Of a DNA stretch of 64,000 nucleotides, positions 40,206-51,220 are shown piece by piece. Both the position numbers and the translations under genes were made by a program. Every line of letters starts with the position of its first letter. The first letter of the stretch is position 1. Origin of the DNA: Candidatus Latescibacterota bacterium (GTDB taxonomy: Bacteria; Latescibacterota; CBDEFO01); assembly GCA_965237525.1 (NCBI GenBank), contig CBDEFO010000004.1, positions 416,001 to 480,000 on the forward strand. Direction: 5' to 3'. Below the pieces are notes generated by a model. It saw nothing but the letters and a program-made list of their open reading frames with translations. It had not been told where the DNA came from and made no database searches.

Positions 40206-41168
40206 GTGGATGGTAAAGATAACAGATGGCGTTTCCTAAATACAGGTCCGGGAGACGCCTTTTTTAATATGGCTTTAGATGAGGCGATCCTGAGCTCGGT
40301 GCGGGAGGGCAAATCTCCTCCGACCCTTCGCGTCTATGGATGGAACCCTCCGGCCGTGTCCTTCGGTTACGCTCAGCCTGTTGACAGAAAGATCGAGTTA
40401 GAAAGATGCAAAAAGATGGGGATAGACATAGTTAGACGGATAACAGGTGGAAGGGCTGTCTTACACTGGGAGGAACTTACGTACAGTGTTATCGCCCCTC
40501 TTTCCCCAGGCGGTCATATAGGACAAAGTTGTTCGATACTTTTTGGCGGACCCTTTAAAGACGATCAGCGCATAGGCGGGAGCATAGAGAGCGCCTATAA
40601 AGTCATAAGCCAGTGTCTGCTCTTGGCTCTTAGAAGTATAGGAATACCGGCCGAGTTCGAATGTGAGAGTTATACAGGTCGCAGGAATATGGTGACATCG
40701 TTTCGCAGTGGACGCACAGCCTGTTTTGCCAGTGCCTCCAAATATGAGATTACAGTTGGGGGCAGGAAGCTTGTGGGGAGCGCACAGCGAAGAGTAAAAA
40801 ATACAATGCTTCAGCACGGTTCCATATTGATGGGACCTGCTCATAAGGCCATATTGGAGATTATCCGGAGGGATTCTGATAAGTTCAAAACAGATCTAAA
40901 AGAGGAACTGGACAGAACGACAGTTAGTCTCTCTGAGATTTCATCTTCCCGGATAGGTTTCGATCAGCTTGGCTGCGCCCTAAAGAGGGGCTTTGAAGAG
41001 CATCTGGATGTTGAGCTGATATGTGAAGAGTTGGCATCAGATGAGTTCGAAGTGGCTGAGATCCTGTCCTCCAAAAAATATCGAAGCCAGAAGTGGAATT
41101 TACAGCGGACTCCCGCAGGGCTTCAGCCGCAGTCTGAATCACGAAATTCAGATTGCCTTATAGATTGA
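40206..41168 (+). CDS. Lipoate-protein ligase / octanoyltransferase (LipM/LplA-like)
   Basis: NMALDEA, PPTLR.Y.W, RRITGGRAVLH, KLVGSAQ, LQHGSI; start refined. Confidence 0.9.
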   Translation: MDGKDNRWRFLNTGPGDAFFNMALDEAILSSVREGKSPPTLRVYGWNPPAVSFGYAQPVDRKIELERCKKMGIDIVRRITGGRAVLHWEELTYSVIAPLSPGGHIGQSCSILFGGPFKDDQRIGGSIESAYKVISQCLLLALRSIGIPAEFECESYTGRRNMVTSFRSGRTACFASASKYEITVGGRKLVGSAQRRVKNTMLQHGSILMGPAHKAILEIIRRDSDKFKTDLKEELDRTTVSLSEISSSRIGFDQLGCALKRGFEEHLDVELICEELASDEFEVAEILSSKKYRSQKWNLQRTPAGLQPQSESRNSDCLID

Positions 41169-41199
41169 ACGAAATATAGCGTAGAGGAGATACGATAAA

Positions 41200-42987
41200 A
41201 TGAGCTTAAGATATTTGATTCTTCCATTATCCTGGCTTGCTCTCCTTTTATCGTGCTCAGGAGGAGATAAGGAGGCATCGAAAGGGACAGTTAGCAGCGA
41301 ACGTTCTGACAAGAAGACAACGGGCCAGGAGTTGCTAAAGACGGAAGTAGGAATATATGGAGGAAAGCTAACTATCTCGTCCATTTCTGATCCCAAGTCT
41401 TTTAATTCAGTAATAGCTAAGGAGACCTCGACTACATCTATTACGGGCCTTATGTTCGAGGGGCTTACAACTGTGGATGGAGTAACTACGGAGGTTGAGC
41501 CTTCCCTTGCGGAGTCGTGGGAGGTGGCGGAGGATAAGAAGACATGGACGTTTCACTTAAGGCAAGATGTTAAGTGGTTCGACGGAGAGCCGCTGACTGC
41601 GGACGACGTGGTATTTACGTTCAACAGATTGATATACAATGAAGATATACCCACGAGCGCAAGGGACATTCTCAACATTGAGGGGGAGTTCTTTAAGGTC
41701 GAAAAGGTGGACGACCATACGGTGAGAATAACGACTCCTAAACCCTTTGCTCCTTTTCTGAGGTCTATCGGCACGGAGATAATGCCAAAGCATGTGCTCG
41801 AAAAGTCGGTGGAGGAGGGGAGATTCAACTCCACCTGGGGGATAGACACCCCCCCATCTGATATAATAGGGACAGGTCCGTTCAAATTGAAGGAGTTCAA
41901 GCCCGGTCAGCACGTTATATTGGAGAGGAACCCAAATTACTGGAAGAAAGATGCAACAGGGAACAGACTCCCCTATCTGGATCAAATAGTGATCCTTTCC
42001 GTTCCGAATCAGGATATACAGGTGTTGAAGTTTCAGGCGGGGGAGCTGGATGGATTGGGGTTAAGGGGCCAGGATTTTCCTCTACTAAAACCGAAGGAAC
42101 AGGAGGGTAATTTCACCATTTACAACGCAGGACCCACGTTCGGATCTAACTTTGTGTTTTTCAATCGGAATCCGAGAAAGGACGATGAGGGGAAACCGTT
42201 TGTGGAGCCACATAAGCTGAAGTGGTTTACGGATATAAACTTCCACAGGGCTGTGGCGCACGTTGTGGATAAGGAGACGATAATTTCAAACGTGATGAAC
42301 GGCTTAGGGTATCCTCAAGACTCGCCTTTGTCGGCGGCTGCCAAATTCTTCTTCAATCCTAATACGAAAAAGTATGAATACGATCTTTCAAAGGCAAGAG
42401 CTATTCTTGAAAGAGCAGGGTACAAGGATCGAGACGGCGATGGATGGATAGAGGATGAGGAGGGAAATAGGGTCGAGTTCAACCTTTTGACTAACAGCGG
42501 GAATCAGGTCAGAGAAAATATCGCCCTGATAATACAGGATGACCTCAAGAAGATCGGTATGAAGGTGAACTACGCCGCCATCCTTTTCAATTCGTTAGTG
42601 ACCCGCATCGACGCCACGTACGATTTCGACGCCGTAATCCTTGGTCTAACGGGAGGTATCGAGCCTCACAGTGGCAAGAACGTGTGGCACTCAAGCGGCC
42701 ATCTGCACATGTGGAATCCGAAGCAAAAGTCTCCTGCAACAGAGTGGGAAAAGGAGATAGATGAGATCTTCGAAAAAGGGGCCGTCGAGCTGGATGAAAA
42801 TAAGAGAAAAGAGCTTTACGATCGCTGGCAGGTGATAGTGTCAGAGCAACTTCCGATGATCTACACAGCCAGTGCCGCCAGCTTGACGGCGGTTAGAAAC
42901 AAATTTGGAAATCTGAAGCCGACGGCATACGGCGGCTACCGGCATAATATCGAGGAGATATTCATCAAAACAGTAGACAGCATATAG
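41200..42987 (+). CDS. Peptide/nickel ABC transporter substrate-binding lipoprotein (family 5)
   Basis: Lipobox LLSC; LAESWE...F.LR..VKWFDG.PLTADDVVFT; GTGPF. Confidence 0.92.
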   Translation: MSLRYLILPLSWLALLLSCSGGDKEASKGTVSSERSDKKTTGQELLKTEVGIYGGKLTISSISDPKSFNSVIAKETSTTSITGLMFEGLTTVDGVTTEVEPSLAESWEVAEDKKTWTFHLRQDVKWFDGEPLTADDVVFTFNRLIYNEDIPTSARDILNIEGEFFKVEKVDDHTVRITTPKPFAPFLRSIGTEIMPKHVLEKSVEEGRFNSTWGIDTPPSDIIGTGPFKLKEFKPGQHVILERNPNYWKKDATGNRLPYLDQIVILSVPNQDIQVLKFQAGELDGLGLRGQDFPLLKPKEQEGNFTIYNAGPTFGSNFVFFNRNPRKDDEGKPFVEPHKLKWFTDINFHRAVAHVVDKETIISNVMNGLGYPQDSPLSAAAKFFFNPNTKKYEYDLSKARAILERAGYKDRDGDGWIEDEEGNRVEFNLLTNSGNQVRENIALIIQDDLKKIGMKVNYAAILFNSLVTRIDATYDFDAVILGLTGGIEPHSGKNVWHSSGHLHMWNPKQKSPATEWEKEIDEIFEKGAVELDENKRKELYDRWQVIVSEQLPMIYTASAASLTAVRNKFGNLKPTAYGGYRHNIEEIFIKTVDSI

Positions 42988-43215
42988 TAAACAGCACACA
43001 GGGAGGAGAGGCCGTCTAACGGAAATTGCTTCCCCCCGACCCCCAGTTGAATCTATTGGGGGTTCAATCGGGGGTTGCTTGCAATGACGTTGCTTGGCTT
43101 TGGCCTTCAGTCGTCGCAAGGGGTGAAAGCGGTGGGTCAGACAATCCTGTCTGACAAAGCAATCTCACTTGTCTACTGAACAGACAAGAATGTCTGTTCT
43201 ACCTACTGTTTACTT
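42971..43215. repeat. Composite repeat: three-level nest (REP > palindrome > palindrome) plus further hairpins
   Basis: gaaattgcttc CCCCCGA[CCCCCAGTTGAATCTATTGGGGG]TTCAATCGGGGG ttgcttgcaatgac; gtcagacaatcctgtctgac; aacagacaagaatgtctgtt. Confidence 0.85.
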
Positions 43216-43230
43216 ATTTGGTGGTCAAAT

Positions 43231-44241
43231 ATGCTCGGGTACATAGCAAGACGCCTACTCCATACTATCCCCCTTCTGTTCGGGATAACTCTGCTTTCGT
43301 TCTTGATCCTCCAGCTTGCTCCGGGCAATTACTTTACGCAGTTGAAGTTGAATCCCGAGATCAAGGAGGAGACTATAAGACAGATGGAGGCGGAATTTGC
43401 CCTGGATAAGCCTGTCTATGTACAGTATGTCAGATGGCTCAAGGAGATTTTAGTTCCAATAGTAGACAGGGTATGGGGCATTCCGATTATACGGCCTAAG
43501 CTCAACTTTGGCTATTCCTTCACATACCACGTTCCTGTATCTACCCTGATAAAGGGACGTTTAGTAAACACTTTGATCCTGTCCCTCTGTGCGATGGTCT
43601 TCTCGTGGGGTCTGGCTATCCCGATAGGGATCTACTCTGCGGTTCATCAGCATACGTGGATGGACAGGATCCTCTCCTTTTTAGCCTTCTTCGGCATGTC
43701 GGTGCCCAATTTCTTCCTGGCTTTCATTCTCCTCTATATCGCATCTGTGACGGGATGGTTCCCCATAGGGGGACTGTACGGCTCGGACTACGATTCTTTC
43801 AGCGCCTTCGGGAAGATCCTGCAAAGGCTGCATTATCTTATAATTCCTACGGTAGTTCTGGGCACAGGGGGAATGGCGGGGCTGGTGAGATTGATGCGGG
43901 GCTACATGCTTGAGGCGTTGAAGGAGAACTTTGTGACCACAGCCAGGAGCAAGGGGCTGTCGGAGAAGATCGTCATCTACAAGCACGCTCTCAGGAACGC
44001 CATAAATCCCTTTGTGACCTTATTCGGGTATCAAATATCGGGTCTATTATCCGGAGCGGGAATAACGGAGGCTATCGTCTCGTGGCCGGGCCTCGGAAAG
44101 CTTATCCTGGATGCTGTGTTGAGTCAGGATATGTTCCTGGTGATGGGGAGTCTGACCATGGGGGCTATGCTGTTGATAGCCGGGAATCTGCTGGCGGATA
44201 TTCTGCTCGCACTAACTGATCCCAGGGTAAGGATGCAGTGA
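43231..44241 (+). CDS. Peptide ABC transporter permease (OppB/DppB-like)
   Basis: YIARRLL, TARSKGLSE...KHALRNA, WPGLG, DPR. Confidence 0.93.
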   Translation: MLGYIARRLLHTIPLLFGITLLSFLILQLAPGNYFTQLKLNPEIKEETIRQMEAEFALDKPVYVQYVRWLKEILVPIVDRVWGIPIIRPKLNFGYSFTYHVPVSTLIKGRLVNTLILSLCAMVFSWGLAIPIGIYSAVHQHTWMDRILSFLAFFGMSVPNFFLAFILLYIASVTGWFPIGGLYGSDYDSFSAFGKILQRLHYLIIPTVVLGTGGMAGLVRLMRGYMLEALKENFVTTARSKGLSEKIVIYKHALRNAINPFVTLFGYQISGLLSGAGITEAIVSWPGLGKLILDAVLSQDMFLVMGSLTMGAMLLIAGNLLADILLALTDPRVRMQ

Positions 44242-44261
44242 ATGTGAAATAAATAGGCAAG

Positions 44262-45692
44262 ATGCGAGGCTACATGGATCGCTTCATCAGACAACATCCA
44301 TTATATGATCGTCTCATGGAGATCAACCCCGACCTGGACCCCAGGATCTCAGTTGGCGTCTTACTGGTAGACGCCATAGATGTCTTCAATGGAACGGAAA
44401 CAGATGAACGGAGTTCATATCTGGATGGATGGTTGAAGGCGAACAACAAAGAGAAGGAGGCTGTCGAGAAGCTGATATTATTGAAAGATCAGACCTTAGA
44501 GGAGCGTATTCAGGGCGTTATGAAGTGTTTAGTTCAGCTTGCCTCTTATGGAGAGTTTACAGCGTTTCTTAAGGCGTCTGATTATCTCAAAATTCGTCAG
44601 TTTGAGATGGAAATAGGCCGATATTGGAGAATAATTGACGCCCGTGGAAAGCAGGTGGCTTTCAAATCCAAGCCCTTCTATCCTGATAGAGGAGAGGAGA
44701 GATTCGACATCAACGCTTATTTGGAAGAGGGGATCACTCCGCAGCAGATGAGGGCTGTGGTCCATCGCCATCTGTCCGGAGACGGGGCGAGGTATCTCCT
44801 GCACGTGCTTGAGTGCCTTCTCAGAGAGAGGGTGGATCTTAAATACATTAGGGATGTAGAGATGCAGTCTATAGCTGAGGGGAGATTTACAGGCGTCTTT
44901 CATATAAGGGTGGAGCTAAAGGACAGGGAACAGAACGCAGAGTTCACCCTGCACGCGGCCAAAAACGAACCAAGCAGCGATGTGCTGCTCGGAGCGTATC
45001 GGACTGCTGCGGAATGCTACGCCGTAAATGGCAGCTATGTGCCCCAACCCTACTTATTCGGGTTTGCCCAGGCGAAAAGGAACCAGGAATCTATCAAGAT
45101 CGGGATTGTGGCGGAGGAATGGATGGATGGATATAAAGAGCTACACATGAAGTGTTCGGAAAATGGTGATAGGTTTATAGTGTGGCATAGCAAGGATGAT
45201 CACGAGTTGTTGGATGATGAGGATTCGGGCAGCGTAAGCGAGGAGATCGCCAAGATCTTGACTATCTATTCCGATCCGGAAAACGCGCGGTCGATTCTGT
45301 CCAAGGGGCTATGGATCAACGGCGGGGATTTTGTCTTCAGACGGAACTCGGCTACAGGTAGTGCCACCAATGCGGGGGAAATCAGCGTTAAGTTGACTAT
45401 GGTCAAGGGCTACGAGGATAGGGTGGACGTCCCCGAGTTTATGCATAGATTGATAACGTTAAAGGCAACAGATGCTGAAACTGAGGAAGGACAGGCTCTG
45501 CATATCGGGGTAATGACACCTTTGCGAGCGTTCAAGGGCATCTTGCAGGGCCTGATCGAGTTGAACGGAAAAGCAGAGGGATCAAAAAAGATGAGAACGT
45601 GGCTTACGACATTCAGGGAATCGAAGAAGGGGTCTGAGTACGGGAAGGAGATCGAGTCGTTCCTCTCTCCTACCATTGAAAGTATATCGTGA
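44262..45692 (+). CDS. Hypothetical protein, possibly kinase/phosphotransferase-like C-terminal fold
   Basis: 476-aa ORF; VPQPY, EEWMDGY, GGDFV motifs are only suggestive. Confidence 0.55.
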   Translation: MRGYMDRFIRQHPLYDRLMEINPDLDPRISVGVLLVDAIDVFNGTETDERSSYLDGWLKANNKEKEAVEKLILLKDQTLEERIQGVMKCLVQLASYGEFTAFLKASDYLKIRQFEMEIGRYWRIIDARGKQVAFKSKPFYPDRGEERFDINAYLEEGITPQQMRAVVHRHLSGDGARYLLHVLECLLRERVDLKYIRDVEMQSIAEGRFTGVFHIRVELKDREQNAEFTLHAAKNEPSSDVLLGAYRTAAECYAVNGSYVPQPYLFGFAQAKRNQESIKIGIVAEEWMDGYKELHMKCSENGDRFIVWHSKDDHELLDDEDSGSVSEEIAKILTIYSDPENARSILSKGLWINGGDFVFRRNSATGSATNAGEISVKLTMVKGYEDRVDVPEFMHRLITLKATDAETEEGQALHIGVMTPLRAFKGILQGLIELNGKAEGSKKMRTWLTTFRESKKGSEYGKEIESFLSPTIESIS

Positions 45693-45906
45693 TGAAAAAG
45701 ATGACAGACTATAGGGAAGAGAAACAGATTGGAAGATAATTTCCCAGTGGTGTTCGACAACAGTGTCCATCTAAGATTGCTCTTATACAGGAGCAGTAAT
45801 CTAATGCAGAGATGGTCTATTTATACATATACTGATTGTAGTATTCATGGAAAGGTGGACGAATACAACAACATTGTAAACAATATACAAAATATATAGA
45901 AAAAGC

Positions 45907-45936
45907 TTGCCAAAAGGGTTGGAATTGTAGTATAAT
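45907..45936 (+). promoter_or_regulatory. Sigma70-type promoter of the 46-50 kb island
   Basis: TTGCCA-18 nt-TATAAT in an AT-rich intergenic region. Confidence 0.55.
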
Positions 45937-46035
45937 GTTAGCGATTACAGATGTGATCGAGAAGACGTATTTATTCTAGTAGAAAAAAAAAGAATTTCTT
46001 ATGAATTAGTAAGCCTACAAAAGAAGGAGGGTTCG

Positions 46036-46705
46036 ATGATTCGCATAATTTATTTCATAGGATTATTGATGCTGGTAATGTTTCTTGGAGTAGTGCAGGG
46101 AGATGAATTGCCGGTGTTGGGTTTATATGAAGGTGATAACTTAGTATTACTATCAGTAGTAAATGAGGGAGAAATGGCTTTAAAGGGGGTAGGGGTTGAA
46201 GTGAGAGCGAAAGATCTACCCGAGTGGGTTCAGATCGGAGAAGCAGTGAAGCGGATAGATATACCTAAAAGGTCTACTGGAACAGAAAAGCTAATGATTC
46301 CCATGTTTGTGCAGGAAGAAGTGGTGGGCGAAAGCTTCGAGCTACCAATAGTGTTAAGCGTTGCGGATGGCCGTACTTGGACGTTCGAGGTGTTTGGTAG
46401 AGATTAAAAAGGCTCGTCCAAAGTCCTTCGCGCTTATGCAGAACGCACCCAATCCGTTCAATCCAGTCACATTGATTCAGTACACATTGGGAGGAAATGA
46501 AACTGTTCCCACGCAATTGAAGATATTCAACATTATGGGGCAGAAGATACGGACATTGGTGAATGAGCCCCAGGCGCCAGATTATTACTCCGTCATATGG
46601 GATGGCTTGGATGATCACCAACAAAAGGTCGCCAGTGGAGTGTATTTCTTCAAACTAGCTGCAGGAAAGTTTGTGAAGACGAGGAAAATGGTTTTGTTGA
46701 AATAA
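46036..46705 (+). pseudogene. Secreted protein with FlgD-Ig/T9SS-type CTD, split by a +1 frameshift
   Basis: Signal peptide; QN.PNPFNP...WDG..VASGVYF; removing one T at 46393-46395 fuses the ORFs. Confidence 0.75.
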
Positions 46706-48703
46706 ATGAAAAGGAGGATTAGAATGAATCGGAAGACTAGTGTAGTAGCTTTTGCTCTTGTACTTTCGTTCCCTTTCTCATCCTGGTCGGATGTTGTAGG
46801 AACAACTTACTCCACCATTTTGGTTGAAGATCCAAAGATTACTCTAAATGGGGATTTAGCAGACTGGGAGAAGATAGGGTTAGAGGCAGTCAATATTGAA
46901 CATTTCTGGTTTGGACCCACAGCAGATGCGGCAGACATTTCGGGAAACTTCCGGACTTTTGTGGATAGGGATCACCTGTATATAGGGGTTAAGGTAAGCG
47001 ACGACCTGGTGTGCTCAGGCACTACATGGGGCAGAAAATGGTTTCAGGATGATGTTGTCCAGGTATCTTTTAATGGTGATCTGGACGCTGACAAGATACC
47101 GGTGTTTGAGATATGGGAGAAGGACTATTTCGATCTCAACGACGGGGAGATACAGATTGTGGCTGACGCACGGGGAAAGGTTCATCTGGAAGGTTCAGGA
47201 GTCTTTTTCTATCCCGTTCCAGATCCCTACGATCAGGAGATTCCGTATACTTGGGAGCTTTTAGGAGTAGAGGCAGCAGTTAAGCAGACAGATACAGGAT
47301 ATACAGTTGAAATGCGTATACCTAAAGAAGTATTAGGTGTGGAGCAATTCGTTCAAGGAACCCAGATCGGTTTGAATGTACGAATTATTGATGATGATGA
47401 TGGTGGAGAACATGACAATGTTTTAAGTTGGACTAGAGAAAAGGAAACCGAGGGTACGATACCCTATGGGATAGTACAGGTAGAAGTAGTTCCAGCGGCT
47501 TCCGAGTTGGTAGATTTAGTTGTTGGGGAGGTGAAAGTGGAACAAGGTTCACAGGAGCTGGTGGTGACTATGGAGCCGCAGGAGGGCTCTGAAGTGCAGG
47601 CTATTTCTGCTCTTATCTCCGAAGGAAAGGTAACTGAAGCTCAGGAAAAATTGGAAGAGTGGGTCGAGATCCGCAAGGAAGATACGCAAAGAAGACGGGC
47701 GGTGTACCTTCTGGCCAGGTTTTATTGGCAGTCTGGACAGTATCAGAAAGTGATTCAGACAATGGAAAGACTTCTGCATCTTTCATCATCAGAGATTGTA
47801 AGATGCCAGGCTCTACAGGTGATGGGTAAGGCGTATGATGCCTTGGGGGAATATCAAAAAGCTATTACGAGTTGTGAGCAGATACTCAATATTGTAGACT
47901 CAGGTTCATATGTGGCAAAGTATGCGACGGTAGAAATGGGGCTATATAAGATCAAGCTGGGAGAATATGAGCAAGGCTTGCGGCTGTATGAAGAGGCCTA
48001 GAAGGAAAGAGAAGGTTCTCGAATCTTAGCGTTTGGAGCTGCTTATCAAGGACAGGGTATGTATAAGGATGCCATTGCACAATATGAGAGTGATGTCGTA
48101 CAAACAGTGCATCCCAAGATCAAACTGGTAGGACTTGAGAAAGTGGCGAAGATGTATGAAGAGTCTTGGGAGGTGTTGGAGCGTAGAAAAGATTCCCCCG
48201 GGCAAAGCTGGGTATCAATTCTAATGGCTTTAGTGTACGTTTATGAACAACAGGGAAGACATAGGGAGGCCATTGCCCAATACCAGAAAGTTATGGAGTT
48301 ATATCCCAACCTTGAAGCATTGGCTCAATATTCGATAGGCTACAATTACTGGTTACTATTTGAAGTTGATCTTGCTATCGTGGAGTTCGAGAAGGTACTG
48401 GATAATTATGCTGACGTTATTTCTAAAGAGTACCTTGCTAATACGCAACATTTTTTGGAACAACTCTATACTGCGAAAAGAACTTACCCTGGAAAAGATT
48501 GGACAGTAATCGGAAAAGCGTTGGATATGGTGAATGCTGGCAGATATGAGGAAGCTGCAGCCATATATAAAGATCTCCTTGACCATGTTGATGAGGGTCT
48601 CAATGACCGCCTCATTTCCATTCTAGGGATTATGTTACGCAAACGAGGGGTGTTTAAGGAAGTCTTCTCCGAGTTTCTGGAATTGCAGGGAATTGAACAG
48701 TAA
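46706..48703 (+). CDS. Secreted CBM9-like + TPR protein, interrupted by an in-frame TAG (47999-48001)
   Basis: LYIGVKVSDD, GYTVEMRIP, IDDDDGG; TPRs on both sides of the TAG; 48059 ORF is in the same frame. Confidence 0.7.
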
Positions 48704-48831
48704 GACTAACAATTATCTTTGGTTTGCTTTCCGCTATAAGAGAAAAGTGTTATCCTTATGAACCACAAGTCCATAGCGAAGCAGAATACCAAAAGGTTGC
48801 TAACCTTAAAGTGAAATAGAAAGGAGATAAA

Positions 48832-49377
48832 ATGCAACCAAGAGAAATTATAGTTCTGTTTGTTGTGTTGCTGGTAATAGCGTTTTTGGGGAGCAGTACC
48901 TATGCCTGGCATGATGAGATTCATAAGTTACAGGGTCAGTATGCGAATAGGGGTATAAAAGTGCCGGATGCCAGTGGTAAATTTCGTACTACTTCTCCTG
49001 CCAGAAATTTCGACACGTGGGAAATAAAAGATGATGATCATGACAACTTTTACTACGATGCAGATTTATAGGATAGGATGGACAACGTCGAGGATAAAGT
49101 AGGTAATATGGAACTCGGCAGTGGTTATAGATCTCCAGATACGAATGCGAATACAGCCGGTGCAGATCCCGAAAGCGGTCATCAGTATTCGAATTGTGCC
49201 GATACAGATAGGGTAAATGGGAAGCATTATGATCCAAATGATGAGGCCCCTCATATGACTCAAGCTGACAAAGATGACTTTTATGCTAAGTGCACTGCTG
49301 AAGGATTGTCAACAACACCTAAATCTGACCATATTCATATAAGTGTCTCGGGGAAGTCGTATTGCGATTTCCCCTGA
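48832..49377 (+). CDS. Secreted peptidase M15-like protein, interrupted by an in-frame TAG (49069-49071)
   Basis: Signal peptide before the TAG; SGYRSP..N....S.H....AD...HIH after it. Confidence 0.65.
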
Positions 49378-49485
49378 GGGAACGAGGTATAGGCCCAAAC
49401 GTTAGAATTCTAAGATGATCCTATCAGACATTTCATTTGCAAAAGTGGAAAGGTGAGTTAATCAGATAATTGAAAGGGGCAGAAC

Positions 49486-50319
49486 ATGCAACAAAAACGC
49501 GGTCAAGCATTTTCGATAGGCATTATTGTAATTCTTTGTGCTATTCTTTTGCTAGTTGCTCATGTGATTGCTCAGGATAATTCAACCTTGCCTGATCTGA
49601 AAGGCTGGTCCTTTGCAGATTCTGATTCCGAAATCATAAAGCACGCTGACATTTATTCAGTGAGCAAGGTGGTTGGTAAATTGCACGTGCTTTTCCGAAA
49701 AGAGGGCATAGAAGCGGTGAAGGATGCTGCGCCTGCGTTAATTTATAGAGCCAACGAGCTACAAAAAATACCTTCAGAAGAGACATCAGGGGAAATTTAC
49801 GACGAAGTCTTAGGGAAAATCATATAGGTATTAAACAAAATAGGTGATGAGCGATCCAAATCAATTCTACTTACGCAAATGAGGATTGTTGCAAGTGCAG
49901 CTTCGTCCGAAGGGCTGTTGGCTATTGGGCACTCCGTAGTGCAAGATATTATCGATTCGTTAGGCAGTACACAAGTTCGTATGAGAATAGGAGCTACAGC
50001 AACGCTTAGGAGGATGGCTGAGTTAGATCCTTCTTTTTTCACGAAAGAGGAAAAGGACAAGATCAGGACCCGTTTTGTGGAACTTTTAGGAGATAAGAAT
50101 GGTCTTAAAAGGCGTATAGCCATCCGGGGATTAGAACACTTTGGCGACGCCTCGACTATCCCCATTTTGGAGGAGATAGCGGAGCAGGATTCAAGTGTCA
50201 GATCTGTGGACGGTGAAGATAGATATGTTAATAGGATCGCTGCAGTGAAGGCAATAGAAAAGATAATATCTGCCCAGCAACCAAAAAACGAGTCACAGAG
50301 CCCTGTGAATTCTGAGTAA
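49486..50319 (+). CDS. Exported HEAT-repeat protein, interrupted by an in-frame TAG (49825-49827)
   Basis: KII*VLNKIGDERS; AIRGLEHFGDASTIPIL; same frame on both sides. Confidence 0.65.
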
Positions 50320-50476
50320 TAGGTGTTTTCAGATAAAGTAACCTGGCTTTGAGAGTTAGACTTTCCAGTTCAGTAACGAATGAAGGCAGATGGATCGAAA
50401 AAAATTGCGCGACGTTGTGTCGTTTTCATAAAAGCCCACGGAGTCTGGAACATCCGGCTCGTCAGAAATGGCGGGC

Positions 50477-51211
50477 CTATAAGGCTCCCTTTTTAATATC
50501 CTCGACGATCCCGATCAGAGCGTCAACCGCGGCTTTCAGGAAACGTTCCCCCTTTTCAGCTGAGGCAAAATTTGGATCTCCGTAGTTTCCTCTGGCGGTA
50601 ATTTGATCTATCCTCTTAAATTGAGTAACCTTAGAGTCGAATTCAGATTTAGGTGGGAAGCCGTCCTTCTGGAACCTGTCCGTCTTGACTAAATCGGGAT
50701 GGGCCGTCATCATAACGGACGTCTCCATCTCGCCTGCGTGTCCCCATCCGTGGGGCCCTGCCTCCCTTATCTTCTCCAACTCGTCAAATTCGTACCAATT
50801 TATCCCGTAGACGTTCGCTTCCGGATATGCCTCCATGAGTCTCTGGAGCGCTACTCCCATATTAGGTACGTTTCCCCCATGTCCGTTGAGGACAATGATC
50901 CTGTTGAAGCCCGCATCTATCATGCAACTTACAGTTTCCACGATGATATTTATGTGTGTCTCCGACTTCGCAGTTATTGTCCCCTTAAACCTCATGTGAT
51001 GAGGAGAGTAACCGAGCCACTGCGTGGGCAGGCATAGAATATCATCCGGTATCGCTTCATCCAGATGATCCACTATCACCGTTACCTCGGCTGTGTCAGT
51101 GACGAACGGAAGGTGTGGACCGTGCTGTTCGAATGATCCTATAGGGAATATCACTACAAGGTCTCTTGACACCTTCTCCATGTCGGGCCAATTCAGTTGG
51201 GCAAGTTTCAT
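50477..51211 (-). CDS. Creatininase family amidohydrolase
   Basis: PIGSFEQHGPHLP..TD, NGHGGN, HAGE.ETS. Confidence 0.93.
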   Translation of the reverse strand: MKLAQLNWPDMEKVSRDLVVIFPIGSFEQHGPHLPFVTDTAEVTVIVDHLDEAIPDDILCLPTQWLGYSPHHMRFKGTITAKSETHINIIVETVSCMIDAGFNRIIVLNGHGGNVPNMGVALQRLMEAYPEANVYGINWYEFDELEKIREAGPHGWGHAGEMETSVMMTAHPDLVKTDRFQKDGFPPKSEFDSKVTQFKRIDQITARGNYGDPNFASAEKGERFLKAAVDALIGIVEDIKKGAL

Positions 51212-51220
51212 ATCTTTTCC

